Positions 9,343-17,659 of a stretch of 64,000 bases of DNA are shown piece by piece. Made by a program: the position numbers and the translations under genes. Position 1 is the first letter of the stretch, and the number at the start of each line of letters is the position of its first letter. This DNA is from Candidatus Poribacteria bacterium (lineage in GTDB: Bacteria; Poribacteria; WGA-4E; WGA-3G), in assembly GCA_007571305.1 (NCBI GenBank), contig RKRR01000107.1, positions 5,638 to 69,637 of the forward strand, written 5' to 3'. The notes beneath the pieces were generated by a model. It made no database searches and had not been told where the DNA came from. It saw only the letters and a list, made by a program, of their open reading frames with translations.

Positions 9343-11316
9343 CTAAAAGGCGCGGATGACCTTAGCAACTAAACGCTGTTTGAATTCCGAGGCATTAGGA
9401 TCTCCCAGGATAATGAAAAAGTCAGTGCCGGCATATCCGGATCGGCGCAATGCGAAGTAGATATTAATGCCCTCTGCTTGCCAGATTAATCGGCTACCGA
9501 GACTTAATGCGGGACTGAAATCGTACGTGAGGGTTAAAATCTGTTGGTACCGCCTCTCAAAGTGCCACTGAATTTGGGAAGTCAATCCGACAGTGAAACC
9601 GTGGGTGCGGAGATTCAGATTCCCGCTGACGCGATGAATCCGCTCCCCTGCTTGCTCGCCACCTGTGTATCCAACATTGACATTATTAAACCGGTCTGAG
9701 GCGCGGAGACCCAAATTAACAGAGAAAAGGCTATCGGTGAATTCCTCAAATCTGCCACCTCTCCAGTCAGCCCCAAGTGCGATGTCACTATGGGTTAAAA
9801 GGTATGTGGCGATTGTAAACGTGCGACGAAAAAGTTCGCCTTCAGCGGTGTTAGAAGCATGCCCATAAAAGAAAATATTGGCACGCCGAAAAATTCCATC
9901 CCGCCATTCGTTATCAATTCGGACACGCATGGAAGCACCATGATATCCGGTGAAGGGGTGGTAGCCGAGTCTGTTCACAAAATCGGGATCGAAGAACAAT
10001 CCCGACACCGCTGCTTGAAGTAGCGAACCTTCGTAAAGGAACGTGGCAGCCCCTGCCCTACCCTCCGATTCACCCTCCCAAGTTTGACCGAAATGTGAGG
10101 ACACCGAAAACTTACCGTGGCGTATATTCCCTGAAAGATAACCGACATTGTTGGCTTTGGTATCACGGTGATGATGAGACAAAAACGCCGCGCTGATATT
10201 GGATGTCGCCGTGAGCGATTGTGAAGCTCGGAAGATAACATTCTGGTTGTTTCCATGATACGTGCTTAAGGTACCGACTGAGGTATTCTTGCCAATTTTT
10301 CCAAAGGCTTTCAATCCTGCATCCATATCCTCTACCCGCCGCGAGTGAAAAAAGTTCCGAAATTGATAGAGATTACCACCTTCTGAAAAGAACGGACGGC
10401 GATCCGGTACGTAGCGTTCACCGTAGGAGAAATCGATGCCTTCCACGGCTTGTTCAACATTATCAAAATCGGGATTCGCTGTTCCAATGAGTCGCAACTG
10501 TGGTGTAACTTCATAGCGGATATCCGCGCCTGCGCGGGCAGTGTATTCTCTCTCGTCGGCCTCCGCTTCCCGAATACCACCAATCAGATAGGGTAAAAAT
10601 TTGAGTTCACGTTTCCGAGGCGGTGGTAGCACATCAATCCAATGTCCATCGTTCTCTCGAAATTCATTCACCCCTAAATTACACCACCACGAACGTTCCC
10701 CAGTGCGCTGCTGTTCTCTGTCAATATTAATCCCCATCCGAACTGGTTTGGTTGTATCAGGATAATCCAACATCTGCCACGGTATCTCCATCTCTACAAT
10801 CCAGCCGTCTTCCACAATCTGTGCTGCAGCCTTCCATAGTCCGATCCACTCACTTTTTTCTGCACGTCCAGTAGCGAGATGTGCGTATTTCGTCCCGATT
10901 GGATTTACGATAAAGAAATTTCTGTCCGAAAACTGGTGTGTATGAAACGGATCAAGACTAAACGAAACCCAGTCCTCTCCGCGAATTCGGGTCTGATCTT
11001 TCGTTTGGCGCGCAACAATTTTATCGGGCATATCATCGTAAAGATGAAGTCCAACGTAAATAGCTTTGTCCGTATAAACAAGGCGGCCCATAGACTGATT
11101 TTTTGCTGGTTTTTCGGTGCGCTGATCAGTGAAACCGCTGGCTTGGGGTGCGTCTTGCCAGCAAACATCGTTGAGGACACCGTCAATGACAGGCGTTTGA
11201 TCTGTTTTGACGGCGCGGAGTTCTTTCTGCACAGTCTGTCCGTTTTCGGCTACCGACATTTGTAAGTCTGTGATTAAGGTGAACAATAGTGTGATAAGCA
11301 ATACTACCCTAGACAT
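9343..11316 (-). CDS. CBM9-like plus DUF5916 outer-membrane/secreted protein
   Basis: Signal peptide; PVIDGVLNDVCWQDAP, YVGLHLYD, GWIVEMEIPW, TANPDFDNVE, DRRPFFSEG motifs; beta-strand-rich C-terminus ending in F. Confidence 0.7.
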   Translation of the reverse strand: MSRVVLLITLLFTLITDLQMSVAENGQTVQKELRAVKTDQTPVIDGVLNDVCWQDAPQASGFTDQRTEKPAKNQSMGRLVYTDKAIYVGLHLYDDMPDKIVARQTKDQTRIRGEDWVSFSLDPFHTHQFSDRNFFIVNPIGTKYAHLATGRAEKSEWIGLWKAAAQIVEDGWIVEMEIPWQMLDYPDTTKPVRMGINIDREQQRTGERSWWCNLGVNEFRENDGHWIDVLPPPRKRELKFLPYLIGGIREAEADEREYTARAGADIRYEVTPQLRLIGTANPDFDNVEQAVEGIDFSYGERYVPDRRPFFSEGGNLYQFRNFFHSRRVEDMDAGLKAFGKIGKNTSVGTLSTYHGNNQNVIFRASQSLTATSNISAAFLSHHHRDTKANNVGYLSGNIRHGKFSVSSHFGQTWEGESEGRAGAATFLYEGSLLQAAVSGLFFDPDFVNRLGYHPFTGYHGASMRVRIDNEWRDGIFRRANIFFYGHASNTAEGELFRRTFTIATYLLTHSDIALGADWRGGRFEEFTDSLFSVNLGLRASDRFNNVNVGYTGGEQAGERIHRVSGNLNLRTHGFTVGLTSQIQWHFERRYQQILTLTYDFSPALSLGSRLIWQAEGINIYFALRRSGYAGTDFFIILGDPNASEFKQRLVAKVIRAF

Positions 11317-11376
11317 GATTCTCCCTCATTGTCCCGCGAGCTTCTACAGGTTCGCTCTTATAGATTCACTTGTATA

Positions 11377-11535
11377 ACCCAAATTGCTATGGACACAATT
11401 TTAGAAATTCATCTGCTCTTTTTTATTGAAAAACGTTCGGGATCCGCAGTATTTCGTAGCGTAGGAAACCTTTGGTCGCCTACGTCCGAAGCTGCACAAC
11501 CGAACAGGTGATGCGACAAAGGCGGCAACTTGGGT
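11377..11535. mobile_element. MITE family C (IS982-like ends), copy 1
   Basis: Ends ACCCAAATTG / CAACTTGGGT, flanked by TTGTATA / TTGTATG; full-length homology with 53926-54082. Confidence 0.75.
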
Positions 11536-11624
11536 TTGTATGGTAGAGTCCCTTAAGACGGAAAAAGGATAGCAAAAAATTCAAGAGAGTTATTGTTTAT
11601 CAGTTAAAGAGGTACTCTGTTTAA

Positions 11625-12845
11625 TCAAGGGATCTTTTGATGGAATTCCGCGATGCTTTTTTCAACACTTCGGAGTAGCATCTCATCGCTGAGGTGGAAC
11701 GCCTCGCGTATTGTGATCGGTAGTTTCTGTTTCGCCTCTATCGAATCGAGCAACTGCTGATTTTGCACGACAACGACAGAGTCAATACTTCCTCGAAGTT
11801 CCTGCAGACCACGTTTTGCTTGCTCCGCGCGACGTTGACCTTCAAAGTTGAATGGACACGTCACAACGCCGACTGCGAAAGCACCCTGTTCTTGAGCGAG
11901 AGATGCAATCAGAGGTGCGGCACCAGTCCCTGTTCCACCACCCATACCAGCGATAACAAAGACAATATCCGCATTCGCAACGATAGTGTAGAGTGTTTCT
12001 CTGTCCTCCTCAGCGGCTTCTCTACCTACCTCTGGATTCGCGCCCGAAAACCCTGGAGTGGTGTTTGAGCCGATCTGTACCCGTGTTGCTTCACGGTGCT
12101 TGTCTAGTGCTTGCATGTTTATATCCACGGCATAAAATTCAACACCTGTCAAACCGGCTGCAATCATGTGATTGACGGCGTTACCGCCCGCTCCACCGAC
12201 ACCAATAACCTTGATTTTGGTTTGGATGTTTTTGGATTCTTCTCGTTTGGATGACATAGGTCTCCCTTTTTTAGGCTCGACACCGAACTTCTTACGCAGG
12301 AGTTCACGTGTCTGTCTTAATTTCGTCTTGATTGTGCCTATCGCCAATCCGAGTTCAGCGTGGATCTCATTGATATTCCACAATTCCAAATAGTATAGGA
12401 CCGCAACGCGGCGCATTTTATCTGGGAGATGATGTATTGCTTCTCTCACCTCTTCGTAGAGTTCTGTTTCACGAAAGCGTGCGACAGCACCTTGATCAAT
12501 ATAATCCGTCAGATCTGCATAACTGGCAGAAATTTCATTCCCCAAACGCCCAACAGAAGCATAGTACCTCTTGCAAGCGTTATAAGCAATGCGATGTAGC
12601 CATCCACCGAAACTCTCAACGCTCTGTAGTCCGCCGATATTTTCCCAGACGGCTCTCCAAACGTCCATAAGGATTTCTTCAGCATCGCGGGGTTGTCTCG
12701 AATTTGCGATAATCACTTTCCAAATACGTGGACTATAACGCGACATCAGTTCCGCAAACGCCAGTTCATCACCGGCTTGTACAAGTTCGATGAGTTCTTC
12801 ATCTGTTAGAATGGTGTCCGTTGATAGATCGTATCGCATAAACAT
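11625..12845 (-). CDS. ECF sigma factor fused to an FtsZ N-terminal GTP-binding domain
   Basis: Residues 1-190: sigma2 (DAEEILMDVWRAVW...FGGWLHRIAYN) and sigma4 (EIHAELGLAIGTIKTKLRQTRELL). Residues 197-406: KIKVIGVGGAGGNAV, GANPEVG, AGMGGGTGTGAAP, PFNFEGQRR. Ends before the T7 loop (NVDFAD). Confidence 0.92.
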   Translation of the reverse strand: MFMRYDLSTDTILTDEELIELVQAGDELAFAELMSRYSPRIWKVIIANSRQPRDAEEILMDVWRAVWENIGGLQSVESFGGWLHRIAYNACKRYYASVGRLGNEISASYADLTDYIDQGAVARFRETELYEEVREAIHHLPDKMRRVAVLYYLELWNINEIHAELGLAIGTIKTKLRQTRELLRKKFGVEPKKGRPMSSKREESKNIQTKIKVIGVGGAGGNAVNHMIAAGLTGVEFYAVDINMQALDKHREATRVQIGSNTTPGFSGANPEVGREAAEEDRETLYTIVANADIVFVIAGMGGGTGTGAAPLIASLAQEQGAFAVGVVTCPFNFEGQRRAEQAKRGLQELRGSIDSVVVVQNQQLLDSIEAKQKLPITIREAFHLSDEMLLRSVEKSIAEFHQKIP

Positions 12846-12928
12846 TTCTCAATTAGATTTTAACCTTAAAGAGTAGACTTTTTCGGAGAGCGGTTTAAAA
12901 AAATCAAATTAACGACTTGTGCTAATTA

Positions 12929-13086
12929 ACCCAAGTTGCCACTTTGTAGCATAGGAAACCGTTGATCTCCTGTGCATCTTCATGCCGAAAATCACACGGA
13001 ATACGTCAAACTTTTGGAAAAAATGGAGGATCCTCACTGAAAACGGGTGTTCGTGTATCTGAAATCCTATAGGTAGCAACTTGGGT
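12929..13086. mobile_element. MITE family C, copy 2
   Basis: Perfect ends ACCCAAGTTG / CAACTTGGGT with 6-bp direct repeat TAATTA on both sides; lies between the two sigma-fusion genes. Confidence 0.8.
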
Positions 13087-13216
13087 TAATTAGTTTTGAG
13101 ACAGGATTTCAACTCGGTCTGAGACGTGTTAACCTCCTCGGAATACTTCCGAAACCCTCCTGGAGATGAATCAAGCGTTTTTGATGTATCAGGGTCAGGA
13201 ACATCGTTTCGCTTTG

Positions 13217-14938
13217 CTAAAGTTTCTTCGGCATGACGAAATAGACCTGCCCTTCTTCACCCATCGGTTTAATAAAAATAGGGTCCAATTCACCCGAGAA
13301 CTCCAGAGACAGAGCCTCCGTTTCAACGCGCTCGATTGCGTCTGTCAGCAACCGTGGATCAAAACCGATACGGATACTTCCAGTGCTGGATTCCACCTCT
13401 AACGTCTCCTGCTTTATATCCGGTTCAGTCGTCTCCGGAGAAATCCGAATTTGTTGCGCATCTATCTCCATACAAATAGTAGGATTTTCCGGATTTGTGA
13501 GCGGCGAGACCCTGCGTATTGCGTCCAAAAAACGCTCTCTCGGCACAACCGTCCGCCCTTTAAAAGATTCTGGAAAGAGTTTCTCATACTTTGGATATTC
13601 ACCGTCTACCAATCGCGTCGTTAATGTAGCGTGATCATCGGCAAAAAGGATTTCATCCTCAACGAGCGAAATCTTTACTTCTGGAGAACTGGCAAAATTT
13701 CGCTCAATTTCTCTGACAGCCTTGAGCGGGATGATGAATCCATTGCTCTCACCAGCTAGCCTGAAGGGTTCGCAATGCGCGATAGCAATTTGTTTGCCGT
13801 CGCATCCAACGACCTCAGTTCTGTCCTCAAAAAGTTTAAAATAAAGCCCGTTTAGAAATCGACGACGATTTTCCTCTCTGGACGCAGCAAATTCAGTCTT
13901 GTAGAGAACAGACCGCAGGGATTCTCCGTTAATAGTGAATGCCTCTTCGCCAACAGAGAGGAGTTCAGGGAACTCTTTATTGGGAAGTCCAATAATTTTG
14001 TAAACGTCTTCCTGACCTGTGATTTCAACCCTATCGCTCGTCGCCGCGAAGTCTATCGCTTTCTCAGCGGGCCACGTTTTAATGATATCCTCCAATTTTT
14101 GGAAAGAAACCACGATGGCTCCTTCCTCTTTGACTGTCCCTTCAACCTTCATTCTGATGCCGATTTCCGTGTCCGTCGCCATACACTCAATTGTGCTCCC
14201 TTCCGCATGGATGAGAACATTTGCGGTAATAGGTGAGGTATCCTGTCCACTTACGATACTCTGTAGCACTTGTAAGGAGTGCCAAAACTCATCTCTCTCT
14301 AAAGTTAATTTCATTCCAAAACCTCCGTTCAAATGATTTTGAGACCGATGTTCCCCTTCAATGGTGAGGTCTAACGCTTCTTGAATCATGAATTCATACT
14401 TCTTTAGTTGTTGCCGCGCACGGCGAAGACGACTTTTAATTGTATTTTCTGATACGCCTAAAAGACGACTTATCTCTGCGTACGTCATGCCTTCAAGGTA
14501 GTGAAACGTGATGACTGTTCGATTGCCTTCCTTCAACTTCGCAAGCAACTTTTCTACCAAGTCGCGTCGCGCGTCAGCAAAAGTTTTCGCGTATTCCTCC
14601 GCGATATATCGGGAATACGCCTCTGTTGCTACTTCGGTGCTGTCAGTGCCTTCCAACGGTTCGATGTGTCGATGGTTCTTTCGGAGCCAAGCGATACAGA
14701 GGCGATCCGTAATGACATAAAGCCATCTTGGAAACCGCGTCGGATCTTCCAAGGTTTCCAATTTCTGATACACCTGTAGGAAGGTTTCCTGCGTAATATC
14801 TTCGGCAATATGAAAATCCCGAATTTTCCGCCACGCGCGTGCGTGAACCTGTTTCTGGTATTTTCTCACCAAGTGCTCAAAGGCAATTGCGTCACCCGCA
14901 AGGATGCGTTGAATCAACACAATATCATCGTTTCTCAC
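13217..14938 (-). CDS. ECF sigma factor fused to a full-length DNA polymerase III beta clamp (DnaN paralog)
   Basis: Residues 1-190: sigma2 (IAEDITQETFLQVYQKL...WLYVITDRLC) and sigma4 (EISRLLGVSENTIKSRLRRARQQL). Residues 209-573 (365 aa): MKLTLER..., MATDTE, EFPEL, FAAS...RRFLNGLYF, DGKQIA, IIPLKAVRE, RLVDGEYPKYEKLFP, IGFDPRLL, FVMPKKL. Confidence 0.92.
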   Translation of the reverse strand: MRNDDIVLIQRILAGDAIAFEHLVRKYQKQVHARAWRKIRDFHIAEDITQETFLQVYQKLETLEDPTRFPRWLYVITDRLCIAWLRKNHRHIEPLEGTDSTEVATEAYSRYIAEEYAKTFADARRDLVEKLLAKLKEGNRTVITFHYLEGMTYAEISRLLGVSENTIKSRLRRARQQLKKYEFMIQEALDLTIEGEHRSQNHLNGGFGMKLTLERDEFWHSLQVLQSIVSGQDTSPITANVLIHAEGSTIECMATDTEIGIRMKVEGTVKEEGAIVVSFQKLEDIIKTWPAEKAIDFAATSDRVEITGQEDVYKIIGLPNKEFPELLSVGEEAFTINGESLRSVLYKTEFAASREENRRRFLNGLYFKLFEDRTEVVGCDGKQIAIAHCEPFRLAGESNGFIIPLKAVREIERNFASSPEVKISLVEDEILFADDHATLTTRLVDGEYPKYEKLFPESFKGRTVVPRERFLDAIRRVSPLTNPENPTICMEIDAQQIRISPETTEPDIKQETLEVESSTGSIRIGFDPRLLTDAIERVETEALSLEFSGELDPIFIKPMGEEGQVYFVMPKKL

Positions 14939-15348
14939 CGGACATCTCCCGAAAGGTCATTTTATCAAGGGAACTTATACAATTTCCATATCTCGTGAAA
15001 TAGGTGTGCCTATAAATCGCGAAGAGGCACCCTATCAATTGACTTCACCATAGTGACGCGAACTGAAAAAAAAAAGGGTGCATAATTCTGCATACTTGCT
15101 GTGTCGTGCCACTTTAGTTTCTTGTCTCAAAGGGGATTCATCGCTGAACAAGATGGATTTAGTGCCGACTGAAGTTTGGCTGAGGATGCCGTCCCAGTTC
15201 CATATCTGATGGGCTTCGCGAATGCCACACACGCATTCGCCGAGATGCCCTCCTCTATGAAACGAGAAGCCTACTATCGCTTGTGTGGGATAGCATGGAC
15301 TACCCAGCGACCCCACACAAGTACAGTGCGCGTTAGATAGATCATTCA

Positions 15349-16188
15349 TTAATCGGTTTCCTCGGATACAGGTTTGTCAGCCTCGTCTGCATTCAAGTAT
15401 CTGAGTGGACTTTCAATGCTGTATTCCCCTGATTCCTCAAGAAACTGCTGAATCAGATAGACATGCCCAGCACCGATAATTAATAGGATCCGGTCATTCG
15501 GAGATTCGGTGATACGCGTGAGGTTCACAAAAATCTGGAGATTCCAGGTATACCACAAATGCCCAACCCAATTGGCCCCTGGGTACTGATCGCCGAGTCC
15601 AACACGCGCAATTCGCAAGTACTGCTGATGATCAGCGAGTCTACCTTCAGGCTGATTGAGTCGTCTGTACATATCGGTTATCGGTTCGTATTTCTCAGGT
15701 TCAACCCAGATTGTGCCATCTGCATCCTGCGTAATTTTCCCTTCAGCCATAGGGGGTTGCCCCATGAGGTGCTCCTGATTATGTGCCTTTGCGAACTTGT
15801 CAGGGTCTACCAAATCCCAGTCAAAGTTCTCTGGAAAGAAACCATCGGGTTCCTGACGGTAATTTCGGAAATAATCAACACAGTAGAGTTTAGGGAGTCC
15901 CATCTGTTTTGCCAATCGAAATCCGATTTGGTCGCCTTCCCCACGTTTGAGTTGGTATGTGCCTTCCAGATAGCCATGATAGTTTGCGTTAATCTTAGCA
16001 TCAAACCTTTCATCTGCCTCAAGAGCTACCTTAGTGGGACGAAACGCTTTCAGCTGCGTCACCAGTTGTTCAATCTCGCGTTGGCGTTTGGGCGCGAGGA
16101 CATCATCCATTTTTGTATTGAATACATTGATTCCTGGATTTGCCAGATGGTCACTGCCGAGAATCATAAGTATCGGTTTTTGTGGCAT
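15349..16188 (-). CDS. DUF5694-like protein (stand-alone copy, putative TraB/Tiki-type hydrolase)
   Basis: MILGSDHLANPG, FRPTKVALE, QIGFRLAKQMG, WYTWNLQIFVNL, RILLIIGAGHV. ATG at 16188 follows AGGAG; the track start at 16278 overlaps the upstream gene. Confidence 0.7.
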   Translation of the reverse strand: MPQKPILMILGSDHLANPGINVFNTKMDDVLAPKRQREIEQLVTQLKAFRPTKVALEADERFDAKINANYHGYLEGTYQLKRGEGDQIGFRLAKQMGLPKLYCVDYFRNYRQEPDGFFPENFDWDLVDPDKFAKAHNQEHLMGQPPMAEGKITQDADGTIWVEPEKYEPITDMYRRLNQPEGRLADHQQYLRIARVGLGDQYPGANWVGHLWYTWNLQIFVNLTRITESPNDRILLIIGAGHVYLIQQFLEESGEYSIESPLRYLNADEADKPVSEETD

Positions 16189-16222
16189 TTGCGTAGTATC
16201 TCCTGTAGATAGATATGTCTGA

Positions 16223-17647
16223 TCATTGCTTAGGCTGTTCGGTATCCTCGGATGAAAGTGTCTCTGCCTCATCCGCATTCAAGTACTTCAGTGGACTCTC
16301 AACGATGTAGTCTCCCGATTCCTCAAGAAACTGCTGAATCAGATAGACATGCCCAGCGCCAATAATCAGTAGAATGCGATCATCGGTGGACTCAGTGATA
16401 CGCGTGAGGTTCACAAAATTCTTGAGATTATGTGCATACCACCAATGTGAAACCCAATTGGCACCTGGATATTGGTCTTTGAGCCCAATGCGTGCGGTTC
16501 GCAGATACGATTGATGTTGTACCCTACCCCATTCAGGCTGATTGAGCCGGATATACATGTCAATTAGGGGTTCATATTCCTCAGGTTCAACCCAGACTGT
16601 GCCATCTACGTCCGCCCGAACTCTCACTCCGCTTGAGGAGATGCTCCATAAGAGATGCTCCTGATTATGAGTCTCCGCAAACGTGGCGTAGTCCAGTAGA
16701 CTCTGATCAATTTGATCTAAAATCGGTCTCTGTTCCGGCCAATCAGCAACACAGTAAAGTTTCGGATGTCCCAGCTGTTTCGCTAACCGAAAGCCGATTT
16801 GGTTGTGCGAAATCCGTTTGAGTTCGTAATCGCCCTCCAAGTAGTCTTGATAATTGGCGTTAATCTCAGCATCAGATTTTTTGTCTGCATAGACGGCTAT
16901 CTTAGTGGGACGAAACGCTTTCAGCTGCGTCACCAGTTGTTCCATTTCGCGTTGGCGTTTGGGCGCGAGGACATCATCCATTTTTGTATTGAATACATTG
17001 ATTCCTGGATTTGTGAAGAGGTCACCACCCAAAATCATGACTGTCGCTTTTTGTCGTGTGTCATCTCTTTTCCACTGCCCCTTCAGCTTGTCGCCGAAAT
17101 CGATGTCCACCGCACCGAAATTGCTTAGATTTCCGAGCAATTCCTCAATGCGTTCTGGCTCGATCTCTCCGTAGATGTTGGCAAAGGTGGCTTCTCCAGA
17201 TCCTTTAGAGATGATGATAGCGAAAATCCCGTAGACCTTCTTTTCGTCAAACAGTAGATTGATCTCCACCGTTTCACTCTTTTCCTTAATCCTGACGAGG
17301 ACTTCCCACTGATCCTTTTTCAGTTTCTCCTTGAAATAACTAACTAATTTCCTTTCATCAATCCTTGCCTTATCGTAGGTGCGGACATAGATGCCATCTA
17401 ACATTTGGATCAGTTCGGCGACTTCGGGTTGATTGCTCACCGACTTGGTCACCAGATTGATGAGTTTCGCGGTCAGGTTAACTTCGACTTTTGCTTCAAT
17501 GGTCTCCGGAAAATCAAAGAGGATAAGCCCTTTTCTCTCTGTTTTATCCGAACTTTCTTGTTGTGCTGGTACTGTATTAATCAGTATAAACCATACAGGT
17601 AAAACAACTGATATCAATAATAGGATGGACTGTTTTTGCATTTTCAT
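16223..17647 (-). CDS. Secreted DUF4252-DUF5694 fusion protein
   Basis: Signal peptide; DUF4252-like block (KVEVNLTAKLI...LDGIYVRTY...WEVLVRIKE...FANIYGEI); C-terminal half is a near-duplicate of 15349-16188. Confidence 0.7.
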   Translation of the reverse strand: MKMQKQSILLLISVVLPVWFILINTVPAQQESSDKTERKGLILFDFPETIEAKVEVNLTAKLINLVTKSVSNQPEVAELIQMLDGIYVRTYDKARIDERKLVSYFKEKLKKDQWEVLVRIKEKSETVEINLLFDEKKVYGIFAIIISKGSGEATFANIYGEIEPERIEELLGNLSNFGAVDIDFGDKLKGQWKRDDTRQKATVMILGGDLFTNPGINVFNTKMDDVLAPKRQREMEQLVTQLKAFRPTKIAVYADKKSDAEINANYQDYLEGDYELKRISHNQIGFRLAKQLGHPKLYCVADWPEQRPILDQIDQSLLDYATFAETHNQEHLLWSISSSGVRVRADVDGTVWVEPEEYEPLIDMYIRLNQPEWGRVQHQSYLRTARIGLKDQYPGANWVSHWWYAHNLKNFVNLTRITESTDDRILLIIGAGHVYLIQQFLEESGDYIVESPLKYLNADEAETLSSEDTEQPKQ

Positions 17648-17659
17648 GTGTTCTACTCC

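Noticed and set aside
11540-11624. Frameshifted continuation of the FtsZ C-terminal domain after the fusion stop
   Set aside because: I found no NVDFAD-like or other FtsZ-like segment downstream of the stop.
11625-12845. Sigma-FtsZ as an assembly chimera with the real ftsZ
   Set aside because: The FtsZ half differs from 54138-55424 at about a third of residues and has indels, so it is not a mis-joined copy. A read check is still advised.
12846-12920. Autoregulatory ECF promoters upstream of the three sigma fusions
   Set aside because: AAC/GTC-like words exist, but spacing is inconsistent and no shared motif emerges among the three upstream regions.
15035-15349. 104-aa ORF, and a possible transposase-like fragment on the + strand
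   Set aside because: No recognisable motifs; the + strand reading has stops and only vague similarity, which I cannot support.
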